Assembly (NCBI RefSeq): GCF_001194135.2
Contig: NC_068983.1
Coordinates: 124,016,709 to 124,080,708, forward strand
DNA: 64,000 bases
Source: Octopus bimaculoides
Lineage: Eukaryota
Direction: 5' to 3'
This document shows positions 54,201 through 62,897 of this stretch, piece by piece. The first letter of the stretch is position 1. Every line of letters starts with the position of its first letter. The notes under the pieces were generated by a model, which was not told the origin of the DNA, made no database searches, and saw only the letters and a list, made by a program, of their open reading frames with translations. The position numbers and the translations under genes were made by a program.

Positions 54201-57200
54201 ATCATATTAGGAAAGTACTTCCCACAAGACATTGATGGAGACAGTTTCAAAGGATTTGGCTAATAAATGTTAGTCTTGCAAATACTGTAATGTAAATATT
54301 CTGCTAAATTACTGCCTAAGTTAATGAAACCTCAAAAATAAAGCATGACTGATGACTCAAAACAAAAGATGGGGGGGGGGGAATAATTGGTTAATTTAAA
54401 TCACTATCAACAGAAGATACAAATTTTCAATCAAGAAATGCAGTAAAAATGAATAAAACAAAACTAAATACTATTTTTCTAAACAATTAAGATCATTAAT
54501 AAAAAATTACCTCCAGATGGTGTTTCTGATAATTCTGTCTCAGTTGATTCATCAGCAAGGATATCAAGAATTGAACTTGGGATAGCTTCAGTTGTTGTAG
54601 GAATAGTAGTAGATAAACTCATAGTTGTAGAGTCTTGAAGTTTGAACACGGATGCATCAACACTTTCAGTAGGTATATCCATTGCAATATCGGGACTGAA
54701 ACTCTCAACAACAGGGTTATATTTGGGTTTACGTCCAGTTTTTACTCTCCTGAAAATTCAATAAAAACTCTATATATATTTTCCTTATATATGTAAAAAA
54801 TATACAGGAAATATCTAAAATTTGTCAGAATTTTTCAAATTATATTAACTTTTTACATGCTTGTCATTTTAAAAAATCCATATATAATTAGAGATTTTGA
54901 ATTCTAATACATTATCTAAACAAAATTGTCCATTACATATTCAAATATTATACTATATTAGTTTTAAGACTATATCAGAAACAAAAATAAATTGACAAGT
55001 TACAGTTTTCTTTTTTCAATTCATAAATTTCTCAACAACAAATATGGATATTATTTAATTGAAATAGGGTTCAATATTTGTTGAACCCATGATACAGCAT
55101 AATGTTGAGTGTAGAAATAGTGAAATAACTAAAAATTTTCTGTTAACAATTCTTTTAAACAGGAAAATGAAGAGATCAATCAAATCAGAAATGGCCATTA
55201 TCAAATATTAAAACTATAAAATATTTGTATATACTTTCTATTTTATTCGTTACTATTCATAAACAATTTTGAAAAGACCACTCACGTTTTTTTCTTAACT
55301 AAATGTGATGGGGTTCCAACCGATTCTTTTCTAGGCCTGCCTGGTCCTCGCTTCTGTTGAATTCCACCAATATTTTCATTCAAATCCCCAGCAGTACTCG
55401 ACTGAGAAGAATCCATTGTTGCAGAAGACAGTAAGCCCTCAGCTTCCAAAAACATATTTGGAGAAGATTGCAATTCACTATCAGATTTATTCTGTGAGTC
55501 ATCAAAATATGTACTCCTATCAACAAAACTACTTGTTTTACTTTCTTTGGCATCCATGTTCTCGTCATATTTTAATTCAGCTTGTTCTAAAGAAAGTTGT
55601 TGCAGTAATACTGATTGGGATTTGGGAGATGTAGTTTGTTCTAAGGAAGATACAGAATGAGCTTGAGTAGATCTGCATGAAGAGAGGTTTTGCTCATTTG
55701 ATGCCTCATTATCAGGTTCCCAATCCATTTCTTGTGATAGGGACTGTTCTGACAAAGGATGACTCGAAGAAGATTCTGAGCATTTTGGAGACTGGTCAAT
55801 TTGCAATTGTCTTCTTTCTGGTTTCTGTTGCTTAGAGCTTTCAAACTCATATTGTAATTCTTGAAATCGTTCAGTAAGAGGACTTTCTGAAACACAATGT
55901 AGATTCGAGTTTTCTGTAGAAACACTTCCTTTTGTTAATTCATTGACATCTGATTTTTCTCTCTGCTGCAGTAGAAGATTCTGATCAAAGTTATTATCCA
56001 CATCAGATTTTGTTTCAGATTCTACTATAAATTCCTGATTCAAATGAGTATCTTTCTTTCCTAAGTCTTGTACTTCTTCATTTAATGTTAGTCCAGCTGT
56101 TAGAATCTCTGCTCCTGGGGAAGATTTTTCATTATCTGTTGATTGACCTGACATTTCAATAGACTGAACTGAATGCAAGTCTTGTTTTGTGCTACATCCA
56201 GATACTAACTCTGATTTATTAGCTATAATAAATTGTTCCTGTTCAGTTGTTTCACTACTAGCAATTTCTGGTTTCATTTCCTGAGCATGTAATTCAGATG
56301 CAGAACCTGAAATAGATTCTACATCTGATTTTTCAGAAGAAACTAAATGCAAGTTTGTACTCACAAATGAAACAGATCGTATCTCTGATTCTTGAGTATC
56401 AACTGATTGTATTTCAGACCAAGTTGATTGTTGGGTAAGCTCAGATGCTGGAAGAGATTCAAGCTGTATCTCAACTGCTGAGACAGTTTGTACTTCAGTA
56501 TCTGTAGATGGTTTACTCAATGACACACTGAACTGAGGAGCATTTTGTTCTGATTCAGTAACTTGATATAGTACCATCTCTTTTTCTTCTTGTGCCTCAT
56601 GGAAAAATTTCCCTTCTTCGATTTGTTGATCACTCATTCCTATTGAGAGTGTTTCTGGAAGAGTTACTGAAACTACATCTTGCTTAACTGTTTGGAAAGT
56701 ATAAAATCGTTGATCTTGTTCAGTTGTTAGTGGATGATTGCCAAGATTTTCTTCAGTAGAAACCTGTGGCTCTTCAACTGATAATGCACTTTGTTGCTCA
56801 GAATCTGTTTCAGAAAAGAGGGTTTGAGTTATTTCAGAATGTTGTTCGTGTTCTGGTACAGGCTGTTCAACTTTAAGATCAGATGCAGTGTGTAAAGACT
56901 GCCTTTGTTTAAATTCTGATAGAGAACCTATGTGCTGATTTTCTGTTTCATTTTGATGTTCATTTTCTGGAAGTTGTTTCTCTACTTCTGATTTTGTACA
57001 TAATTCTACAGCCTGATTGGTTTCTGACTCTGAATTTTGTTGCACAGATGACACAATTTGCTCTTGCTGTTTTATCAACTCTGAAAGTGTTTGTGATTTT
57101 TCCTGTTGATTTTGCTCTAAAGATTCTGAAAAGGTTTGTTGATCTGATTCTATTATATTTTGCTGCTGAGAATCAATATCAGAAACAACTGCCTGTAGCT

Positions 57201-60200
57201 GCTCAGTTTCTACAATTGGTTCCTTCTGATCACATTTTAACACCATTTCCTGTGACTGCTCCATTTCTGATATCTCTGCTACTTCATAATTAGGCATAAT
57301 TTCTTGTTGCAGTTGCTCACTATTAGATACCATTTCTTGCAACTGGTCATTTTCCAACAACATTTGCTGCTGCTCAACTTCTGACACTGTTACTTGCATT
57401 TGAACAGCTTCAGATGGCAATTGCTGCTGCTGCTGCTGCTGTTCAACTTCAGATACTATATGTTGTTGCTGTTCAACTTCAGATACCAGCTGATGCTGCT
57501 CTGGTGCAGATTCAGACAAGTGTTGCTGCTTGTATTCAACTTCAGCCATTGCCTGTTGCTGCTCAACTTCAGACACCATTTCTTGCAGCTGCTGCTGATG
57601 CTTAATTCTAGATACCATCTCTTGCAACTGCATAGCTTCCGGTATTTGCTGCTGAAGATCACTTACCATCTCCTGTAAATGTTCGACTTCAGACACATCT
57701 TGCAACTGCACGGTGTCAGATATGTGCTGTTGCTGGTCAACTTCAGAAACTTGCTGCTGCTCAACTTCAGAAACCAGCTCTTCATGCTGCTCCTCAATTT
57801 CAGAAATTATCTCCTGTGGTTGCTGTTCAACTTGAGAAACCATCTGTTGCTCTATTTCTAATATTACATGAGCCTGTTTCTCTTCATTCACTATCTGCTG
57901 TTTCTTGTCACTTTCAGATATCATATGAGGCTGCTCGACTTCTGAAACTATATGGTGTGATTGCAAAATCTCATGCATCTGCTCATTAGCTGGTGATTGT
58001 TGTGATGACACAATTTGCTGGTGCACACCTTCACTCATCTGCTGTTGCTGCTGCTGCTGCTGCTCTCCTTCAGACAATACATACTGTTGTTGCTGAGGAA
58101 CTTCTTCAGACAAAATCTGCTGTTGTGGAACTTCTTCAGATAAAATCTGTTGCTGTTGCTCACCTTCGCACACTATCTGTTGTAAATGAACCTCACCATC
58201 ACAAACAATCTGTTGAAACTGCTGCTCACTTTCACACACAATACTCTGCTGCTGATAACCTTGGAACCTAATTTCTTGATCAGATATTTCAGATGCAATT
58301 TCCTGTTGTTGCTCATCGATACATAACATCTCCTGTTGGTTGTCACTTTCAGAAACAACTGATTCAATTTCTTGTTGTTTGTTTTCAGACACTTCTTGTT
58401 GCAATTCACTTTGGGATATAATTTTCACTGGTTCTCCTGAAACAATTTCCACTTGCTGTTGTTTAATATTCTCAGATAATATCTGTTCTTGAGGCATATC
58501 ATCAATCCCTACTAATTGCTGACTATTATTTTCTGATAATATTTGAGGTTGCTGACCTGGTGTGGTAACAATTTGTTGCAACACACTTTCCATAACAATT
58601 TCTTGCTGTTGAACAATTTGTTGCTGTTCAGCTTCAAGCACAATCTCTGGTTGCTGTTGTTCAGTTTCCAATACAGTTGGCTCAGCTTCTGATACAGTTG
58701 CATCAGCTTCTGATAGATCCTGCTCTGCTGTTGAGATTTCCAATTGATCAGGTAAAATTCCCACATGCTGTTCAGATGTAGACACAATCTGTTGTTGATC
58801 TGATTTAGATATAAGTTGAGCTTTTTGATGATGTCCAGATTCCAACAAAATTGGTTGTTGCTGAGTAAATGTAGATTCTGACACAACTTGTAATACTTCC
58901 TCTGATTCTGTCAGAATAGGTTGCCATTGTTCATACTTTGGCGAAGTCTTCTGTTGTTGCCCTTCTTTACATATAAACTCTGATTGTTCATCAGGTTCAT
59001 AATTTTGCTGCTTTTCATCAAACTGTTGTAGCTCCTGCTCTGGCTCAGGTATAAACTGTGTTTGTTCAGGAATAAAGTGCACTTGCTGTTCTTCAATATC
59101 TGGAATAAACTGTGTCTCATGCTCTGCATGAGGTATAAACTGTAATTGCTCATGTGAAGTTAAATGAGATGGTATCTCTTCTGATACACAGTGCAGTTGC
59201 TCTTCTGTGATAGCTGGTTGCTGTTCTTCTGATACATATTGCTCATGTTGTTCTTGCAATTCAAACTGCATGTGTTTTTCAGATGAAAATTCTGTTGTTT
59301 GATCTCCAGACTCAAACTCATTTTGCTGATCATGAGAGGCAAATTGCACTTGCTGCTCCTCGGAAATAAACTCAACTTGCTGCTCTTCAGAGATGAACTC
59401 AACTTGCTGCTCCTCAGAAATGAACTCAACTTGCTGCTCCTCAGAAATGAACTCAACTTGCTGCTCTTCTTGTAGTTGTAAGAACTGCACATGTTGCTCA
59501 TTAGGTATTTGCACAAACTCCATTTGTGGTTCCTCAGAGATTGTCTCAAATTGCATTTGCTCTTCTTCAGATATTGACTGAATTTGTACTTCTTGAGCTT
59601 CAGACTCTGCACCCACAAACTGAGGGATTTGTTCAGTTTCTGTGGCAAGTTGGGGTAACACTTTTGATGGAGATTGTTCTTCAGAAACCAATGCCAACTG
59701 TACTTGCTCATCTGGCACAAAGTTCTTCTGTTGTTGCTCTGATTCAAGAATGATTGCTTCTTTCTTTGTAGATGTTGCATATTTCTTCTCTTCCTCTTGA
59801 AGTTGCTCTTTAGGTACAAATTGTTGTAGATGTATAGAATCTTGTAATGTTTGCTGCTGGATTGACTTTTGTATAATGATTTCTGGTAGAATCTGCTGCG
59901 AGTCTGAAATTTGTTGCCATTCAGCTGTACATCTATCTTGCTTGATTTCTTGTCCAGATTCTGGTGTAGAAGAAACCATATGAGTAGATTCTGATTCAAC
60001 ATATTGTGGTTGTTCCGTTTCTGGGTTAATAGTCTGTTCATATTCATGATCATAATGGGAAACTTGTGTTTGTTCAAATTCTGCCACAGGTATTTGCTGC
60101 TGGTTTGAATCTGAATCAAGACTTGGTAAGTGTTCTGATCCTGGTGTAACTGGCTTTGCTTCAGATGTAACCAATTGAGAATTTGTCTCTTCCTGTTGAA

Positions 60201-60902
60201 ATTCTGTCTCACAATCTTGTTTGTTTTGTTGCATGAATGTTTGATGCAATGTATCTTGAATTTCTGACAAAGATCTATGAGAATTACCCATTTCAACATC
60301 ATCCACATCTGAAACAGAATCCTGAAGTTTAACATCATGAATAGGCTGAATATTTTGCTCCAGTTCATGTTGCAAACCAGCCTGTGACTCTGGAGAGAAA
60401 CCTGCTTTGGTGTCTGGCAACACAAGTTGTTGTACACCTTCTTGTTGCCCTGGTAAAAGTAGAACATCCTGTGTTTCAAAGTGTTCTGACTGTTCAGTTT
60501 GCTCAATTGTTGTTGGTTGAAATAATACCTGTTCATAGCTTTGTGCTGTTGATAAATCTTGTGAAGTACTTGTTTCCTCGTTCCATAACTGACTATCTTT
60601 TGATATTTCTGGTTGTTCTTTATCTTCAAATGATTGGCATGGAAGTGGAGGAGATTGCTGAGATGTATTAGAAGGACGTGGAGAAGATACCAAACACTCT
60701 GAAGGATCAGTTTGAGTTGAACATAATTGTTGATCTTGCTCTTCACTTGTTTGCTGGAGTACTTTACTTTCAGAATTACTCTGCAATTGTGATTGTACGT
60801 CATCACCATCATTACTTACAGGAAGATTAGTAGTTGCAGAATCAGGTAATTCTTCAGGTTCTTGGTGTTTCTCCACCAGCTTTTCTTTTTCTATTAATTG
60901 GG
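9011..60902 (-). CDS. KMT2C: Partial multi-exon gene model (28 coding exons in window): KMT2C/D-like (MLL3/4) histone H3K4 methyltransferase, N-terminal PHD-containing half
   Basis: Manually spliced exons keep one frame with matching phases. Peptides such as [87 protein letters not shown] and [16 protein letters not shown] match the order and sequence I recall for human KMT2C/D. Paralog assignment (2C vs 2D) is not resolvable; invertebrates usually have one ancestor. Confidence 0.93.
10875..11290 (+). mobile_element. RTE LINE 3' fragment
   Basis: Reverse-complement similarity to 31600-32000 and 39900-40090 (gaaatgaagcaagcatgctc…gggtgtgtaatg). Confidence 0.65.
12120..12312. repeat. (TA)n/(TACA)n compound microsatellite
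   Basis: Read directly. Confidence 0.95.
12330..12655 (+). mobile_element. CR1/L2-group LINE reverse transcriptase C-terminal fragment
   Basis: [19 protein letters not shown]…VRDLGIYMS…[10 protein letters not shown]…LWRTLVRPH. Confidence 0.75.
12650..13470 (+). mobile_element. Penelope-like element ORF remnant (post-RT linker and GIY-YIG C-terminus), middle hidden by gap
   Basis: [19 protein letters not shown] before the gap and [20 protein letters not shown] after it; the latter fits the PLE terminal E-x-x-[WY]I-x-x-L-x-T-x-x-P-x-GLN motif. Confidence 0.65.
12713..13375. other. Assembly gap (N run); others at 14236-14919, 26314-26486, 38015-38024 and 43603-43612
   Basis: N characters. Confidence 0.99.
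13615..14215. repeat. (CA)-rich cryptic simple repeat including a 24-bp unit cacctgatgcatacacctcccaca
   Basis: Read directly; source of spurious H/T/V/C/M-rich ORFs. Confidence 0.9.
16664..16874 (-). CDS. KMT2C: Exon 27 ([11 protein letters not shown]…MQPIV)
   Basis: AG/GTAAGT; 211 nt; conserved EAFFGK; overlaps ORF 16656..16856. Confidence 0.92.
20363..20502 (-). CDS. KMT2C: Exon 26 (…[23 protein letters not shown])
   Basis: AG/GT; 140 nt, phase 1 to 0; conserved LE-FP-YLQ. Confidence 0.92.
20737..20853 (-). CDS. KMT2C: Exon 25 ([13 protein letters not shown]…EIGNT)
   Basis: AG/GTTAGT; 117 nt; conserved GGF-VRQR. Confidence 0.88.
20982..21146 (-). CDS. KMT2C: Exon 24 (DMEISTEIK…[11 protein letters not shown])
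   Basis: AG/GTAAGT; 165 nt, phase 1 to 1. Confidence 0.88.
21219..21290. repeat. 14-bp minisatellite (GATGCTATGAAAAT) x5, perfect
   Basis: Read directly. Confidence 0.95.
22250..22450 (-). mobile_element. CR1/L2-group LINE ORF2 fragment
   Basis: Decayed frame [14 protein letters not shown]…[10 protein letters not shown]…LMEIEKSLQ. Confidence 0.5.
24155..24370 (-). CDS. KMT2C: Exon 23 ([25 protein letters not shown]…KKKQRSRPK…)
   Basis: AG/GT; 216 nt, phase 1 to 1; resembles human YTQDGVCLTESGMTQLQSL. Confidence 0.9.
24861..24941. repeat. (GA)n microsatellite
   Basis: Read directly. Confidence 0.95.
25890..26105. mobile_element. Degenerate piggyBac-type MITE
   Basis: TTAA-CCTTTTTGTTACCA … TGGTATTAGAGGGG-TTAA, imperfect TIRs. 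Confidence 0.55.
26194..26532 (-). CDS. KMT2C: Exon 22, poly-proline tract (spans assembly gap) then [18 protein letters not shown]…
   Basis: AG at 26533-26534, GT at 26193; (CCN)n on both sides of the gap in the same frame. Confidence 0.8.
26599..26818. mobile_element. piggyBac-type MITE (220 bp)
   Basis: TTAA TSD on both sides; perfect 11-bp TIR CCCCTTGCAGA…TCTGCAAGGGG. Confidence 0.85.
27382..27599 (-). mobile_element. tRNA-derived SINE, family 1
   Basis: Reverse complement of the 62678-62897 copy. Confidence 0.8.
27709..27821 (-). CDS. KMT2C: Exon 21 (WLHASCDGL…GYHCLFCRP), end of second PHD cluster
   Basis: AG/GT; 113 nt, phase 2 to 1. Confidence 0.95.
28460..29400 (+). mobile_element. 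Highly decayed CRE/R2-type non-LTR retrotransposon remnant
   Basis: [16 protein letters not shown] (resembles GVQQGDPLGPxLF) followed by [11 protein letters not shown] (resembles WYLDDGTLG); later DACVPD resembling a restriction-like endonuclease motif. Confidence 0.45.
29463..29806 (+). mobile_element. Probable solo LTR
   Basis: Starts TGTAGT, ends ATTATA (decayed ACTACA?); CpG-rich island in AT-rich intron; AATAAA at 29744; no clear TSD. Confidence 0.5.
30591..30755 (-). CDS. KMT2C: Exon 20 ([13 protein letters not shown]…[11 protein letters not shown]…QCVQCDR)
   Basis: AG/GT; 165 nt, phase 2 to 2. Confidence 0.95.
30897..31078 (-). CDS. KMT2C: Exon 19, PHD finger ([22 protein letters not shown]…[10 protein letters not shown]…WKCKW)
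   Basis: AG/GT; 182 nt, phase 0 to 2. Confidence 0.96.
31325..33050 (-). mobile_element. RTE-clade LINE, 5'-truncated and degenerate, with (GAT)n tail
   Basis: [36 protein letters not shown]; VVDGFCYLG; WAKFKELL; 3' module shared with other copies. Confidence 0.85.
33173..33226. repeat. (GT)n(TA)n microsatellite
   Basis: Read directly. Confidence 0.95.
33337..33441 (-). CDS. KMT2C: Exon 18, PHD finger ([10 protein letters not shown]…[16 protein letters not shown])
   Basis: AG/GT; 105 nt. Confidence 0.95.
34708..34803 (-). CDS. KMT2C: Exon 17 (SLYPTAVD…[16 protein letters not shown])
   Basis: AG/GT; 96 nt; resembles human NTVVLFSSSDKFTLNQ. Confidence 0.88.
35933..36040 (-). CDS. KMT2C: Exon 16 ([12 protein letters not shown]…[10 protein letters not shown]…), basic/AT-hook-like
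   Basis: AG/GT; 108 nt, phase 0 to 0. Confidence 0.85.
37310..37450 (-). CDS. KMT2C: Exon 15 (GSPLQLTS…[11 protein letters not shown])
   Basis: AG/GT; 141 nt, phase 0 to 0. Confidence 0.85.
38555..38670 (-). mobile_element. RTE-tail module with (CAT)n
   Basis: (cat)n-ttaatgtcc…ggcatgggttggacagtttgac, same as 31325-31400; also near 61130-61260 and 18280-18360. Confidence 0.65.
39103..39175 (+). ncRNA. tRNA-derived SINE head (Pol III A and B boxes), not a functional tRNA
   Basis: A box TGGTGTAGTGG, CTACTAA loop, B box GTTCAATTCC; acceptor and anticodon stems imperfect; mirrored on the minus strand at about 39029-39100. Confidence 0.7.
39269..39315 (+). ncRNA. Minimal type I hammerhead ribozyme motif, Penelope-like
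   Basis: aagaac-CTGATGA-a-GGCTG(gagggtatat)CAGCC-GAAA-CG-TT-gtctt: conserved core boxes, 5-bp helix II, palindromic ACGT in place of helix III, helix I AAGA(A)C/GTCTT. Confidence 0.7.
39880..41330 (-). mobile_element. Second degenerate RTE-clade LINE copy
   Basis: Collinear similarity to 31800-32950 (e.g. gtcaacaaaagccaaat, actggatacatcata, aataagagcaaggtcatcagca). Confidence 0.75.
41480..41800 (+). mobile_element. CR1/L2/Jockey-group LINE 3' ORF fragment
   Basis: Decayed LAIIFRARK…LALYKTH…IRVMSPYLW, resembling LxRxRKYFSxxxLLxLYKxQIRPxMEYCSHIW. Confidence 0.45.
42188..42315 (-). CDS. KMT2C: Exon 14 ([10 protein letters not shown]…MSSLEK)
   Basis: AG/GT; 128 nt, phase 1 to 0. Confidence 0.82.
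42982..43039 (-). CDS. KMT2C: Exon 13 ([19 protein letters not shown])
   Basis: AG/GT; 58 nt, phase 0 to 1; bridges the phases of exons 12 and 14. Confidence 0.75.
43134..43248 (-). CDS. KMT2C: Exon 12 (YVHVEC…[12 protein letters not shown]), end of first PHD cluster
   Basis: AG/GT; 115 nt, phase 2 to 0. Confidence 0.92.
43466..43982. mobile_element. Fold-back element B, same family as A
   Basis: Near-identical arms to element A; exact 14-bp flanking direct repeat AAAGGTAATTTGTT (43452-43465 and 43983-43996); central deletion; 10-N gap at 43603-43612. Confidence 0.85.
44040..44230 (-). CDS. KMT2C: Exon 11 ([16 protein letters not shown]…[21 protein letters not shown]…CKICQK)
   Basis: AG/GT; 191 nt, phase 0 to 2. 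Confidence 0.95.
44400..45410 (+). mobile_element. Decayed Tc1/mariner transposase, maT (DD37D)-like
   Basis: Frameshifted pieces: LVFAYEK (FSDEK), [45 protein letters not shown]; TIRs not identified. Confidence 0.85.
45633..45747 (-). CDS. KMT2C: Exon 10, PHD finger ([26 protein letters not shown]…GWKCK), GC donor
   Basis: AG acceptor at 45748-45749; frame requires donor AAG|GCATGT at 45632. Confidence 0.9.
47429..47606 (-). CDS. KMT2C: Exon 9, PHD finger (CITCGK…[14 protein letters not shown]…[13 protein letters not shown])
   Basis: AG/GT; 178 nt; overlaps ORF 47425..47688. Confidence 0.95.
47738..47795 (-). CDS. KMT2C: Exon 8 ([19 protein letters not shown])
   Basis: AG/GT; 58 nt; conserved LLCPEH. 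Confidence 0.92.
48101..48314 (-). mobile_element. tRNA-derived SINE, family 1
   Basis: Reverse complement of the 62678-62897 copy. Confidence 0.8.
48348..48452 (-). CDS. KMT2C: Exon 7 ([14 protein letters not shown]…[13 protein letters not shown]), ePHD
   Basis: AG/GT; 105 nt, phase 0 to 0. Confidence 0.95.
48692..49203. mobile_element. Compound SINE cluster: a minus-strand SINE, a plus-strand RTE-tail module with (GAT)n, and a minus-strand tRNA-headed SINE (family 2)
   Basis: CpG-rich block; RTE tail ccaacccatgctagcatggaaagcggacgttaaacgatgat; family 2 core cagtttccgtctaccaaatccactcacaaggc with decayed copies near 15830-15975 and 61915-62000. Confidence 0.75.
50564..50673 (-). CDS. KMT2C: Exon 6 ([16 protein letters not shown]…[11 protein letters not shown]), ePHD
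   Basis: AG/GT; 110 nt; ePHD W-x-H-x-x-C-x-x-WS motif. Confidence 0.93.
51968..52107 (-). CDS. KMT2C: Exon 5 (…[24 protein letters not shown])
   Basis: AG/GT; 140 nt; conserved DELSLVG. Confidence 0.92.
52599..52814 (-). CDS. KMT2C: Exon 4, start of extended PHD (C2HC zinc knuckle: [15 protein letters not shown])
   Basis: AG/GT; 216 nt, phase 2 to 2; resembles human CAFCYCGEKSSLGQG. Confidence 0.92.
53228..53318 (-). CDS. KMT2C: Exon 3 ([10 protein letters not shown]...SGIL)
   Basis: AG/GT boundaries; 91 nt, phase 1 to 2, open. Confidence 0.8.
54511..54749 (-). CDS. KMT2C: Exon 2 ([10 protein letters not shown]...ETPSG)
   Basis: AG/GT boundaries; 239 nt, phase 2 to 1; overlaps ORF 54479..54682. 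Confidence 0.85.
55286..60902 (-). CDS. KMT2C: Exon 1 (in window): giant 5617-nt exon, E/Q-rich low-complexity region ending in AT-hook KRGPGRPRK
   Basis: Stop-free frame (ORF 55282..61131). Acceptor ttctttttttag at 60903-60904, donor gtgagt at 55285. Phase 2 end joins the next exon in frame (KKT|RVKTGRKPK). Confidence 0.85.
59340..59470 (-). repeat. Coding 27-bp tandem repeat, (EEQQVEFIS) x4-5
   Basis: Read directly in DNA and in the 1949-aa ORF. Confidence 0.9.
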
Positions 60903-62677
60903 CTAAAAAAAGAACAAAACAATTTGCAATCAAATATATTAGTACATTTATATGACAAAAAATGGTCTGAAATAAAATATAATGTACATTCCCTGAGAGT
61001 AGTTGATAACACTTGCTACCAAGGTGATATAATTTGCAGGTTATATATACATATGAGGAAGGATTGCACATTTGCTTTTGCATGTATACATAAATGTTTA
61101 CATGTAAGTGTGTGTGAGAGAGAGAGATCATTATTCCTCATCATTTAACATCTTAATACCCATCTTCCATACTGGCATGGGTTAAATGGCTCAACAGGAT
61201 CCAACGAGCAAGAAGACTGCAGTGAGCTTCATAGTCTACTTTGGCATAGTTTCTGCCACATTGAATTCCATTTGATCCATGTGAGCATGGAAAAGAGTAA
61301 ACAATATGTTTGATATAACACAATAATTGTAAATGAGCATCAGTGTTATACAAGCATTGTTATTCATTTCTAATCTAATGTGGAAACATGTCCAGCCATA
61401 GGAAAAAATAATTTGCATGGAAGAAAGTGAAGGTTAGTGACTGGAAGCCATAGAAAATCTACTTCAGCAAATTTCGCCTGAACAAGTATGGAAATGGGGA
61501 TGTTAAAATAAAGATGATTATATTTTTATATGTATATCTGAGTGAGTGAGAGTGTATGTGTACATTGATGTGTGTGGGTACATGATGATACACATGTATA
61601 TGTGCATATATAAATGTTCATATGCATATATGTAAGTACATGTGTTTTTATTCATATTGTTCATCATCATTGTTCCTTTATTTTTACATCCGTTTTTCCA
61701 TATATGGGATAAACAAATACATTAGTAAGGCTATTTTTTTTTACAGCCAAATGCTTTTCCTGTCACTAACCCATACCTATTTTACACATACAAGATCTCA
61801 TATTTCACATGTCTTCAAAGACAAAGTCAGCAAGCAATTTGGTGATGGGGAAAACGATAATTATGTCGCTCAGCAATTTTTAGAAGTGCAAATGTAAGCA
61901 AACACATAGACATACATATATGACAGGCATCTTTCAGTTTCTCTCTACTAAATCTACTCACAAAACATTGGTTAGTTTGTAGCAATAGCAGAAGACACTC
62001 GGTCATATAATTATATTTGTGTGTTTATATAAACAAGATGTATATGTAAAACATAAGTGTGATTGTCAAATAAGAGATGAGAGCACTCAACATCAGATTG
62101 TTAGTGTAATGTAAAATAATTAACAAGAAATGCCAAGAATCACATCATAAAATTATATCATAACAACATAATAAACTCATCAGGCATATTAAACAATCTG
62201 GATTTGTTGTTATTAAACAAAAACTATTAGAACAAAAGGTCTATTCTAGTTTACAAACAGTCCTTGATATGACCTATTCAATTTACAACCATCTGCAGTT
62301 ACAACCTTTTTTACATTTCTCCACATACACATATTTTTTCTTGGCATTCATCTTAGTTCAGCACTCAAATTCAGATATTCCAATATCTGTGCTCAAGCAA
62401 TATTTTCAAGTGTTTGTTAGCTCACTTTCTCCAAAGATCATTTATACTTCAGCATTCACATTGCTTATAAGCTATTTTATAAGATCCTCAAGTTTTATTA
62501 CCCCAAATATATCTTGCAAAAGGAAGCTCGTCCATCTAGCAAAATACCAGGCAAGAAACAGAACTTGATCTGAAGGTTAAAATTTAAATTATCAACACAA
62601 ACGTGAGAAAAAAATAAATGCAATCCTACATGATTTGCAGTTGTTTAAATTCAATGATCTCCATTATTATTAAAAAT

Positions 62678-62897
62678 GGCGGTGAGCTGGCAGAATTATT
62701 ATAGTGCACCGGACAAAATACTTAGCAGTATTTCACCTGACACTATGTTCTGAGTTCAAATTCCACAGAGGTCAACTTTGCCTTTCATCCTTTCGGGGTC
62801 CATAAATTAAGTACCGGTGAAACACTCAGGTCAACGTAATCAACTAGACCCTTTCCCCCAAATTTCAGGCCTTGTGTCTTTAGTAGAATGGATTATT
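62678..62897 (+). mobile_element. tRNA-derived SINE, family 1, near full length
   Basis: GGCGGTGAGCTGGCAGAAT…GAGTTCAAATTCC…CCTTTCATCC…GGCCTTGTG; several copies in the window. Confidence 0.8.

Noticed and set aside
59160-60812. 550-aa alternative-frame ORF and other ORFs overlapping the giant exon
   Set aside because: Shadow frames expected from the biased E/Q codon usage; no domain-like sequence.
60903-61131. N-terminal 76 codons of the 1949-aa ORF (MISLSHTHLHVNIY…)
   Set aside because: Intronic read-through upstream of a strong acceptor at 60903-60904; composition is simple-repeat-like and unlike the exon.
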